A DNA stretch of 64,000 nt from positions 92 to 64,091 of the forward strand of contig CALXEU010000017.1 of the NCBI GenBank assembly GCA_944387395.1, written 5' to 3'. This stretch comes from an uncultured Clostridia bacterium (GTDB lineage: Bacteria > Bacillota > Clostridia > TANB77 > CAG-508). Positions 1 through 8,484 of the stretch are shown here, one piece after another. The notes below the pieces were generated by a model. It saw nothing but the letters and a program-made list of their open reading frames with translations. It was not told the DNA's origin and ran no database searches. Every line of letters begins with the position of its first letter. Position 1 is the first letter of the stretch. A program made the translations under genes and the position numbers.

Positions 1-30
1 GTAATTTTATAATTTCGTGGGAGTAATTTT

Positions 31-106
31 TGGAGCCATTAGGCAGAATCGAACTGCCGACCTCCGGGTTACGAATCCGGTGCTCTACCAACTAAGCTAC
101 AATGGC
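31..106 (-). tRNA. tRNA-Thr (anticodon CGT)
   Basis: Reverse complement folds as a cloverleaf. Acceptor GCCATTG/TAATGGC, T-arm GGCAG-TTCGATT-CTGCC, anticodon loop TTCGTAA, encoded CCA. Confidence 0.8.
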
Positions 107-120
107 ATCACATATTTTGA

Positions 121-149
121 ATTATAGCACACAAATTTACAATTAGCAA
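121..149 (-). promoter_or_regulatory. sigma-A type promoter for tRNA-Thr (TTGCTA-17-TATAAT)
   Basis: Minus-strand read: TTGCTA, a 17-nt spacer, TATAAT. The -10 sits about 14 nt upstream of the tRNA 5' end. Confidence 0.5.
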
Positions 150-163
150 TACATAAATTTTAA

Positions 164-209
164 TAAAAAAACAAGTATAATTAGAATATTTTTTACTCTA
201 ATTATACTA
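164..209 (-). terminator. rho-independent terminator
   Basis: Perfect 12-bp inverted repeat AGTATAATTAGA/TCTAATTATACT with a 12-nt loop. It is followed on the minus strand by a T7 run, just downstream of the YjcZ-like gene. Confidence 0.7.
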
Positions 210-242
210 AGTATTTACACTAATTAAAATTATGTCTTACTT

Positions 243-434
243 CTAACGGCAGCATCCACAACATCCATTATTTGTAAACAATAATAAGAATATAATTATA
301 AAGAATAATATTCCGCTATTTCCACAGCTAGAACCACAATTATTACCTCCAAAAAAACTTCCAAGATTGCAACAACATCCACAGTTATTTCCTCTTTGTG
401 ATTCTTCTACTCTACAATTTCTATTTTCGTCCAT
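243..434 (-). CDS. YjcZ-like tiny sporulation membrane peptide (tiny-TM family; Cys/Gly/Asn-rich ends flanking a hydrophobic core)
   Basis: 63-aa ORF. CGCC/GCCGCC-type Cys-Gly motifs flank a 20-aa hydrophobic stretch. Two paralogs lie at 53.4 kb. Confidence 0.6.
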   Translation of the reverse strand: MDENRNCRVEESQRGNNCGCCCNLGSFFGGNNCGSSCGNSGILFFIIIFLLLFTNNGCCGCCR

Positions 435-587
435 TAAATAACACGTTCCTTTCTTTTAATTTTTATATTATATAGTATGAAAATTCTAAAATTTATGTTA
501 CAATATACTTGTTATATAAAATTAAGTAATATATATTTTAACTTTTTTTAAATGCAACAAATATATAATTCCTTAGAAAGGATTAGT

Positions 588-3062
588 ATGAATAAATTAA
601 ATAATAGTAATAATTATATAAAACCTGAACTATTAATCCCTGCCGGAGATTTTAGTTGTGTTAGAGCTGGTGTTCAAAATGGTGCCGATTGTATTTATTT
701 TGGTGCAAATAGTTTTAGTGCTAGAGCAAATGCAAAAAACTTTTCACTAGAAGAACTAAAACAAGCCATTGAATACTGCAAGATTAGAAATGTAAAAACA
801 AATTTAACAATAAATACACTACTTACTGATAAAGAATTTGAAGATGCAATTGCCCTTGCTAAAAAAGCTTATGAATTTGGAATAGATGCAATTATAGTAC
901 AAGATTTAGGATTTGCAAAATATTTAATAGATAATTTTCCAAACCTAGAAATTCATGCAAGTACCCAAATGTCTGTACATAATTTAGAAGGAGTATTAGA
1001 ACTAGAAAAACTTGGTTTTTCCAGAGTTGTTCTATCTCGTGAAGTTCCTATAAATGAAATTGAATACATTAGAAATAACACTAAAGTAGATTTAGAAATA
1101 TTTATACACGGAGCACTTTGTATTTCATACTCTGGTCAATGTTTATTTTCAAGTTTAGTTGGAGGACGTTCTGGTAACAGAGGAAAATGTGCTCAACCTT
1201 GTAGACTTCCATACGAATTAATTGAAAGTAATAATTATAAACCAGAAGATGGTAAATCTATTGATAAAGGTTATTTACTAAGTCCAAGAGATTTATGCTC
1301 GCTCGAATATTTTCCTACTTTGGTTAAACTTGGTGTAAATTCTTTTAAAATTGAAGGTAGAATGAAAACTCCAGAATATGTTGCTACAGTTACTAGAATT
1401 TATAGAAAATACATAGATTTAGCCCTAAATGATAATCCTTTTGTAATAGATGAAAAAGATAAAAAAGACTTATTGCAAGTATTTAATCGAGGTGGATTTT
1501 CTTCTGGTCATTTAGCAGATCATGAAAATAGAGATTTTATTTATTCACAAAAATCTAATAATATGGGGTTATATGTTGGTAATATATCTAATTATAACCC
1601 AAATCATGGTTATATTACTTTAAAACTAAATGAACCTATAGAAATTGGAGATTCTATATCCATAGATGGAGAAACCGGAACTTATACTGTTTCTGAACTT
1701 ATAAAAGGTAATGCAAATTTAAAGTCAGCAAATATTGGAACTATTGTAAAGCTTGGACGTATGAAAGGGCATATTAAAATTGGCAGTAAAGTTTTTAAAT
1801 TATCTAGTAAAACATTAACAGACTCTGCTAAGCTTACATATTCAGAAAATTCTGAATTAAAGAAGATTCCTCTAAAAGCACATATTACAGTAAAAAGAAA
1901 TTGCCCTATTACTCTTAAACTAACAGCAAATTGTGAACCTTTTTATAAAAATATAAATGTATCTGTTGTATCAGATATTATTCCTGAGGAGTCAGTAAAC
2001 TCTCCTATTACAAAAGATAGGTTAATTAGTCAAATTTCTAAACTTGGTAATACTCCTTATTATTTTGAACATATAGATGTTCAGCTAGATGATAACTTAC
2101 ACATTCCATCAATTAGTGGCTTAAACAATCTAAGAAGAACAGCAATAGATAAAATAATGGAATCAGTATTAGAAGAATTTAATAAACATAGACAATCAAT
2201 AAATATTACTCCTCTACTAAGTTCAAAAATTCGTAAAGAACTTCCTATTAGCGATAGAAAGGTTAGTATTTTACTTGAAAAATTAAGTACAAATTTTGAT
2301 TATTCTACAATATCTGGAGCCGATAATGTTTATATTCCTCTAAGATACTTTTTGGATAAAAAATATGAGTCAATAATATTGAAATTAGAAAAATTTAATG
2401 TTTTTATTTACATGCCCACAATTATTAAACCTAACTATAAAAACATATTACTTAACAATCTTTCTGAAATTGTTTCAAAATTCAATATAAAAGGTTTTGT
2501 AATTAGTAATATTTCAGAATTTACATTTTTAAAGAATTATATAAAAAATAAAGACTATGTTTTCGTTGCAAATTATACTATGAATGTTTTTAATACTCAT
2601 ACTATTTCTGAACTAAAAAATCTCGGTATAGATGTAGTAACTCCTTCTATTGAGATTAACAATGAGATTTTGCAAAGTCTATGTACTAATAGTCCAATTG
2701 ATATTGAACAAATAGCTTATGGTAGAGCAGTTTTAATGAATATGTCGTATTGTTTACTTGGCAAAAGTAATAAATGCTATCCTGATTGTAAAACACGTTG
2801 CCTAAGTAATAATTGTTATTATCTTAAAGATCGAATGGGATTTTATTTTAGAATTCTTCCAGATAATATTCAGACAGTTACTTCTGTTTATAATAGTAAA
2901 GTTACTTCGATTGATACTTCTTGTTTAAATATTAATTCTGTTAGAGTTAATATTTTAGATGAAAACGTTTCTGAAATAAATTCTATTATAAAGACTGTAA
3001 AAGAAGGTAAGAGATTAGAAGGTAAAGAATACACAAGCGGTAATTTAAATAGAGAAATATAA
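588..3062 (+). CDS. peptidase U32 family protein (collagenase-like / RlhA-TrhP-type, long form)
   Basis: U32 hallmark region with conserved Cys (CAQPCRLPYEL). An AAAGGA RBS sits 6 nt before the ATG at 588. An alternative upstream ATG at 552 lacks an RBS. Confidence 0.8.
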   Translation: MNKLNNSNNYIKPELLIPAGDFSCVRAGVQNGADCIYFGANSFSARANAKNFSLEELKQAIEYCKIRNVKTNLTINTLLTDKEFEDAIALAKKAYEFGIDAIIVQDLGFAKYLIDNFPNLEIHASTQMSVHNLEGVLELEKLGFSRVVLSREVPINEIEYIRNNTKVDLEIFIHGALCISYSGQCLFSSLVGGRSGNRGKCAQPCRLPYELIESNNYKPEDGKSIDKGYLLSPRDLCSLEYFPTLVKLGVNSFKIEGRMKTPEYVATVTRIYRKYIDLALNDNPFVIDEKDKKDLLQVFNRGGFSSGHLADHENRDFIYSQKSNNMGLYVGNISNYNPNHGYITLKLNEPIEIGDSISIDGETGTYTVSELIKGNANLKSANIGTIVKLGRMKGHIKIGSKVFKLSSKTLTDSAKLTYSENSELKKIPLKAHITVKRNCPITLKLTANCEPFYKNINVSVVSDIIPEESVNSPITKDRLISQISKLGNTPYYFEHIDVQLDDNLHIPSISGLNNLRRTAIDKIMESVLEEFNKHRQSINITPLLSSKIRKELPISDRKVSILLEKLSTNFDYSTISGADNVYIPLRYFLDKKYESIILKLEKFNVFIYMPTIIKPNYKNILLNNLSEIVSKFNIKGFVISNISEFTFLKNYIKNKDYVFVANYTMNVFNTHTISELKNLGIDVVTPSIEINNEILQSLCTNSPIDIEQIAYGRAVLMNMSYCLLGKSNKCYPDCKTRCLSNNCYYLKDRMGFYFRILPDNIQTVTSVYNSKVTSIDTSCLNINSVRVNILDENVSEINSIIKTVKEGKRLEGKEYTSGNLNREI

Positions 3063-3064
3063 AT

Positions 3065-3092
3065 AAAGTGTCAAATTGACACTTTATTTTTA
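3065..3092. terminator. bidirectional terminator between convergent genes
   Basis: Palindrome AAAGTGTCAAATTGACACTTT flanked by A/T runs on both sides. Confidence 0.6.
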
Positions 3093-3110
3093 AATGAAAT
3101 ATATTATGCT

Positions 3111-3425
3111 TTAATAATTATGCATAGCTGACAATTTTATAATTAAGTCCATATTATCGTCTTTAGCAGCTTTATTTTTTCTTAACATTCCGCATTTTCT
3201 GCATTTAAATATTATTACATAACCTTTTTTACTATCTAATTCTACCCCAACTGGCTCTAATATGCCATGACATTCTTCTAATCTATCCCCTGGATTAACA
3301 TCCACATGCTTAGAATGCAAGCAATATGGACAATGGTTTCTGCAAGAATACCCTAGCTTTGAGACCTTTTTTCCACAATTTTCACATATAAATTCTTCAT
3401 CTATTTCTGTAAAATTACCAGCCAT
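3111..3425 (-). CDS. RNHCP domain-containing protein
   Basis: Literal RNHCPYC motif plus further CxxC pairs. RBS AAAGGAA. Confidence 0.75.
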   Translation of the reverse strand: MAGNFTEIDEEFICENCGKKVSKLGYSCRNHCPYCLHSKHVDVNPGDRLEECHGILEPVGVELDSKKGYVIIFKCRKCGMLRKNKAAKDDNMDLIIKLSAMHNY

Positions 3426-3454
3426 TTTTTACATTCCTTTCCCTTTTCTTATAT

Positions 3455-5068
3455 CTAATAATCAAAAGCACTTCCTCCAATAAACTCTCTAAGTAATGAA
3501 TTTCTTGGAACAAATTCTTCATCTATATCATCAAAATATTTCAAGAAATCTACTAATCTTTTTGCCTCTGAGTATTCTGGTTCTTTATTTGTTATTTCTT
3601 CAAGAAGTGGTAATGCATGTTTTTTTAGCAGGCTTATTTCATATATTAGAGATGAGTTAAACATTGCATCACAATTTTCTTGGAATGGGAATATATTTTT
3701 ATTTTCTCCTCTATTTACACTTCCCCATGTTCTTAAAGTATGTAGTGCACTATATCCTCTGTAATTATTATCACGTACAATTCTTCTTATTAATCGTGTA
3801 TCTGTAGTTGAAATACGATTATAGTAATCTATGTTTAATACTGTTAAATCACTTATATAAATTTTATATTTTTGACTCATAGGAATTGATGAAGTTAATT
3901 TATCATTTAAGCAATGTATTCCCTCTATTACAAGGATTTCATCATTTGCTAATCTCATTTTTTCTCCATTATAACATTTGCTACCAACTTTAAAGTCAAA
4001 TGTTGGTACATCTATTTCTCCACCATCTAATAAAGTCTTTATGTGTCTATTAAATAGTTCTAAATCAATTGCTTCTAGACATTCAAAATCATAATTTCCA
4101 TTTTCATCTCTTGGGTTATCTTTTCTTTCTACGAAATAGTTATCCACAGATATTGTTACTGGTTTTAATCCATTTAATCTAAGTTCTATTCCTAATCTTT
4201 TAGCAAATGTTGTTTTTCCTGATGATGATGGTCCAGCAATTAGTACCATCTTTACGTCCTTATGTTTTGCAATATCATCCGCAATTTGAGCTATTTTTTT
4301 CTCATGTAATGCCTCTGATAAAAGTATTACATTTTTTGGATTCTCGTGTATTTTTTTATTTAATCTATAAAGAGTATTAATTTCTAATACTTTATATATA
4401 TCGTCATACTCTTGTAATGTTGACATTAATTTTTTATTTTCTTTAAATTCTGTTAATTCATTTGGATTTGATTGTGATGGATATCTTACAATAAATCCGT
4501 CTTTATATAATTTTAGTTCAAATATATTTACAATTCCTGTAGAAACAGGCATTACTCCAAAAAAGTAATTATAATAATCTTCGCAATAATATAAAGAAAC
4601 TCCTTCTTTTTGTTTGTTATCCATCTGAAGAATTCCTCTTTTTTTATTCTCCTTTTTATAGAATTCTTCCGCTTCTATTTTGTTCATTACTACTTTTTTT
4701 ATTTCTAAGTTTTTTGAAATTATTTCTTGCATTTTCATAGTTATATTATCTATCATTTCTTGTGTAACAGAAATATTTTCTATTTCACAGAACATTGCAT
4801 TTGAAAGCTGATAATTTATTGAAATCCATGCTTCTGGATATAATTCAGCTATAGCTTTTGACATTATATATAATATTCCTCTTACATAAACTCTGTGTCC
4901 ATCTTTAGTTGATGTATCTAATAATTCTATTTCATCATTTTCTTTTACGTCATAATTTAATGATTTTACTTTATTATTACGCATACATGCTATAATTTTT
5001 CTACCTTCCTCATTTGCTTTTTTTATTTCTTCTGCATATTTTTCTAATACTTTCATAATTTTCTTCAT
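3455..5068 (-). CDS. nucleoside/uridine kinase family protein with N-terminal TGS-like domain
   Basis: P-loop LIAGPSSSGKTTFAKRL and PRK/uridine-kinase-like C-terminal half. The N-terminal ~90 aa resemble a ThrRS/TGS fold. Confidence 0.6.
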   Translation of the reverse strand: MKKIMKVLEKYAEEIKKANEEGRKIIACMRNNKVKSLNYDVKENDEIELLDTSTKDGHRVYVRGILYIMSKAIAELYPEAWISINYQLSNAMFCEIENISVTQEMIDNITMKMQEIISKNLEIKKVVMNKIEAEEFYKKENKKRGILQMDNKQKEGVSLYYCEDYYNYFFGVMPVSTGIVNIFELKLYKDGFIVRYPSQSNPNELTEFKENKKLMSTLQEYDDIYKVLEINTLYRLNKKIHENPKNVILLSEALHEKKIAQIADDIAKHKDVKMVLIAGPSSSGKTTFAKRLGIELRLNGLKPVTISVDNYFVERKDNPRDENGNYDFECLEAIDLELFNRHIKTLLDGGEIDVPTFDFKVGSKCYNGEKMRLANDEILVIEGIHCLNDKLTSSIPMSQKYKIYISDLTVLNIDYYNRISTTDTRLIRRIVRDNNYRGYSALHTLRTWGSVNRGENKNIFPFQENCDAMFNSSLIYEISLLKKHALPLLEEITNKEPEYSEAKRLVDFLKYFDDIDEEFVPRNSLLREFIGGSAFDY

Positions 5069-5257
5069 CCTTTCTTTTAATTGTATTTATTATTAAAGTA
5101 TATTATTTTTTTCATATTTTTTTTACTGTTGGATATAATTATATTAATTTCTATATTTTTTATAACTTTCCTATTTGAGATTGTAATAATTTTAAGTTTA
5201 TTTAGTTAATGCTATAAAAGTATTAACACTATATATTAAATATTTTTGGAGGTACTT

Positions 5258-5440
5258 ATGACTAATAAAAGAATTTGCGAAATTTTAAGAAACAAAGAAA
5301 TTAAAGATATTTATTATAATGAACAACCTGTATGGATTCAAGAAGTTCATGGTAATAAAGCTACTGTTGGATTTTTAAATTCATCGGAAACAAAAGACTT
5401 ATATATAGATGATTTATATGAAGAAAATTTGTACAATTAG
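5258..5440 (+). CDS. sspH: small acid-soluble spore protein, H-type (SspH family)
   Basis: Pattern R..EI....I.V.YN..P..IQ.V....A...F....E...L matches B. subtilis SspH. GGAGG lies 5 nt before the ATG at 5258. The track's upstream ATG at 5246 overlaps the RBS. Confidence 0.65.
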   Translation: MTNKRICEILRNKEIKDIYYNEQPVWIQEVHGNKATVGFLNSSETKDLYIDDLYEENLYN

Positions 5441-5482
5441 TTTACAATTAAAACTTTTTATAAATTATACAAAATAAATTTG

Positions 5483-5540
5483 CGAACACCTATATTCTTC
5501 ATAAAAATAATATATTAGTGTTCGCTTTATTTTTTTATTT
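5483..5540. terminator. bidirectional rho-independent terminator
   Basis: GCGAACAC...GTGTTCGC 8-bp stem with T-runs on both strands, between sspH (+) and the 136-aa ORF (-). Confidence 0.6.
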
Positions 5541-5945
5541 ATTTTTTGTTGAATATTGTGTTACTTTTTCTAAAATTGTTTCCTTAACTTTATTTACTAA
5601 TTCTTCTTTATTTACAATTCCATCATTAATAAATTTAATTGCAATGTTTCTTATATTACTAGAAATTCTATCCTCTAGTAATAGATTTTCTTGTTTTTTC
5701 TTAAATTTTCTGTGTTTAAATATTCTTGTAAATAACCCTAATTTTTTGTATTCATATTTTTCTATTTCATTTTCGCAAATATCTGTTAATCTGTTTCCCT
5801 TTTTACAAAATTTTCTACCTGATGCAATATTTTTAAATTGAATTGCATCTTCCTTTGATGTTATTTCAAATACTATAACTTCTTTGTTTTCATTTGTTTC
5901 TTCCATAATCTCTTCACCTTGATTTATATTCTTTTTCATTTCCAT
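5535..5945 (-). CDS. hypothetical protein (Lys/Glu-rich, 136 aa), last gene of the 11061..5535 operon
   Basis: Protein-like composition. The overlapping + frame ORF at 5518..5841 is low-complexity hydrophobic and looks spurious. No recognisable family. Confidence 0.45.
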   Translation of the reverse strand: MEMKKNINQGEEIMEETNENKEVIVFEITSKEDAIQFKNIASGRKFCKKGNRLTDICENEIEKYEYKKLGLFTRIFKHRKFKKKQENLLLEDRISSNIRNIAIKFINDGIVNKEELVNKVKETILEKVTQYSTKNK

Positions 5946-5985
5946 TCTACTAGAACATCACAAAAATATCAAGCATTTTTATAAA

Positions 5986-7734
5986 TTATTTTTTTAATCT
6001 TAAATATCCTAATTCTGTCCATCTATTATAGGCAAGATTTAAATTAAACAATACTTTTGGTTTTGCTCCTGCTCTGTTCTTGTCTACTACACATACATAG
6101 TATCTTTCATCTGGATCTTCATAATCTTCTAAGTCAAAAAATTTTGTATCAACCTCATTTGCTGAATACTCATATCTATAGTAATCTCCCTTATGAATTT
6201 GTTTAAATAGACACAAAGTATCTAATACTTCTTTTACTGTACTACTTACAGATAAATCATTAATGCTTAAATTTAAAGGTTCTGTTTCTGTTTCTTTAAG
6301 TTGCAATGTTGAGCCAATAAACATTTTAAAATTTTGTGCTAAGTTTGCAAGAATTGTCGCTGTTTTCTTTATTTCTGCTGCATTTCCTATGTTGTCTATA
6401 TCTGCTTTTAATGTATCGTAAAATACATATTCTACCTGTTCTTTATAATAGTAGTTCATTATAACTTTTTTTAGTTCGTCATTTGTATGATCTGTTATGT
6501 TTATAAAATACATTGAATTTTCTACTTGTTTATTATACCAACTTGTTGCTCTAACTACTTTATTAAATTCTGTAGAAATTTCAGCAAGTCTTCGTGCAAA
6601 TTCTGCTTGAGTTTCGCCTTTTTCTTTTAAAACATATCCATTTTCATCTACCTTACATTTAGATGGATCATCTGGTATAAATTTAAATTCTAGTAATCTT
6701 CCTTCTGTTATGTGTAAATCTTGCCCATGTAATTTTTGTATTTCTGGATTATTTAGTATAGTCGTAATTAAGCATAATTTCATTTTTTCCTCAGACATCT
6801 CATTTGATATTAATAATACTTTCTTTTTGTGTACTAGTGCAATATATGCTGCTAAATTAATTGTAAATCTACTTTTACCATAGTTTGAAGGCATTGCAAA
6901 TGCTGTAGTTTCTCCCTTTCTTAATCCTTTAAATACACTAGACAATATTTTAAATGGAATAGATAATCCTGTTGTTAGAGTATTCTCTCCTTTTACCAAA
7001 AATCCTGTTAAATCATCATTTAAAATTGATCTTTTAAATTTTTCAGTACTTGTTACTTGGTCAATAGCTTTTCTTACTTCCTCATCTGTCATACTATCAT
7101 ATAATTTATAATTTATTATATCGGCAATTTGGTCTTGTAAGTGTTTTGCAGGATGTTCTTTACATGCTTCTCTTAGTATAAATAACTTCTTTAATTCAGA
7201 ATATGTTTTATCCATTCTGAATTTACTTCCTTCAAAGTCAGATTGGATTTGATATTTTAAATTAGTAAGTTCTTCTGTATTTTTTGCAAAGTTAAAATCT
7301 GCTTTAGCTACTTCTGGAGCGTATTGCTCTGCATCTGTAAATAGAATTGTTTTATATATTTCAAGTAATTTATTATCTAAAAATTGACATTCTTTATGCA
7401 AGAAATAGTATACAGATATATATCTTAAGTCATTTAATAATAAACCAATATACCTTTTTTCTAAATCAGTGCTTGCTAAAATACTAGGTATTCCAATTTC
7501 TTCTCTTTTAATTTGTTCTTTAATCTTCTTTTCTTTTTCTTTAGCCTCTGTATAATCTATATATTCTATATTTCCTGCTTTTTGAAGTATTGCAAGCTCA
7601 TCTACTGCTTCTTGATATTTTTTATTATCTAAATATTTTCTTATTCTCTCTATTATTTCTCTGTTCTCATCTGTTATTTTTATTCTGTCTAATAAATCAT
7701 AAATAACATTTAAATTTTCTCCTTCTGTAGCCAT
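5986..7734 (-). CDS. divergent DnaB-like (RecA-fold) ATPase domain protein
   Basis: C-terminal half follows the DnaB helicase C-domain layout: GL.kGettafAmPSnyGKSrF.iNLAayiA then a V..S.EMS Walker-B region and later blocks. Walker A is the unusual GKS. No DnaB N-terminal domain is recognisable. Confidence 0.5.
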   Translation of the reverse strand: MATEGENLNVIYDLLDRIKITDENREIIERIRKYLDNKKYQEAVDELAILQKAGNIEYIDYTEAKEKEKKIKEQIKREEIGIPSILASTDLEKRYIGLLLNDLRYISVYYFLHKECQFLDNKLLEIYKTILFTDAEQYAPEVAKADFNFAKNTEELTNLKYQIQSDFEGSKFRMDKTYSELKKLFILREACKEHPAKHLQDQIADIINYKLYDSMTDEEVRKAIDQVTSTEKFKRSILNDDLTGFLVKGENTLTTGLSIPFKILSSVFKGLRKGETTAFAMPSNYGKSRFTINLAAYIALVHKKKVLLISNEMSEEKMKLCLITTILNNPEIQKLHGQDLHITEGRLLEFKFIPDDPSKCKVDENGYVLKEKGETQAEFARRLAEISTEFNKVVRATSWYNKQVENSMYFINITDHTNDELKKVIMNYYYKEQVEYVFYDTLKADIDNIGNAAEIKKTATILANLAQNFKMFIGSTLQLKETETEPLNLSINDLSVSSTVKEVLDTLCLFKQIHKGDYYRYEYSANEVDTKFFDLEDYEDPDERYYVCVVDKNRAGAKPKVLFNLNLAYNRWTELGYLRLKK

Positions 7735-7748
7735 ATAAACTTCTCCTT

Positions 7749-8447
7749 TTAATCTATCATTGTTATTTTTTCAATTATAGGTTGATTTTCCTTTAATACT
7801 GTTCCATTATCATCTTCTACCTTTGTATCAGCACATATTTTGTCTACTATTTCCATTCCTGATGTTACTTTTCCAAATCCTGCATACTTTCCATCTAAAA
7901 ATGTACTATCTTCATGTACTATAAAGAATTGAGAACTTGCACTATCGTACGATGTTGCTCTTGCCATTGAAATTGTTCCTCTTGTATGAGAAATGTTATT
8001 TTTTACACCGTTTAATAAAAATTCTCCTTTTATTTCTTCATCACTTCCACCTAATCCAGTGCCTAATGAATCTCCACCTTGAATCATGAATCCATCAATT
8101 ATTCTATGAAATGTTAATCCATCATAGAATCCTTCATTTACTAATTTGACAAAGTTTGTAACTGTTATTGGTGCAACGTCTGCATCTAATTCTATAGAAA
8201 TTGTTCCATAATCCTTTATAACAATCTCTGCATGATGTAATCCTGTCATATAAGTTTCCTCCTCATTTTGTTCTGTTTCATTATTTATTACATTTTCATT
8301 ATTTTGCACATTTTCAATATTTTCTTCATTCTTTGAATCAGTTTCAGTTATATTTTCTTCATTAATTCTTTTATTTTTTGAATATATAGCTAAAATAACT
8401 GCTATTATTAGAATGACAATTAATGCTATTATATAATATTTTTTCAT
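7749..8447 (-). CDS. peptidyl-prolyl cis-trans isomerase, cyclophilin type, membrane-anchored/secreted
   Basis: Signature HRIIDGFMIQGGD. N-terminal TM helix then an Asn/Glu-rich linker. AGGAGA lies 6 nt before the ATG at 8447; the track start at 8453 abuts the RBS. Confidence 0.8.
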   Translation of the reverse strand: MKKYYIIALIVILIIAVILAIYSKNKRINEENITETDSKNEENIENVQNNENVINNETEQNEEETYMTGLHHAEIVIKDYGTISIELDADVAPITVTNFVKLVNEGFYDGLTFHRIIDGFMIQGGDSLGTGLGGSDEEIKGEFLLNGVKNNISHTRGTISMARATSYDSASSQFFIVHEDSTFLDGKYAGFGKVTSGMEIVDKICADTKVEDDNGTVLKENQPIIEKITMID

Positions 8448-8484
8448 TTTCATTCTCCTAATTTATTATCTCTTGATTTTTTTA

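Noticed and set aside
5518-5841. 107-aa + strand ORF overlapping the 136-aa minus-strand gene
   Set aside because: Low-complexity hydrophobic translation (poly F/L/S) typical of antisense frames in AT-rich DNA. It has no RBS and overlaps a better-formed ORF.
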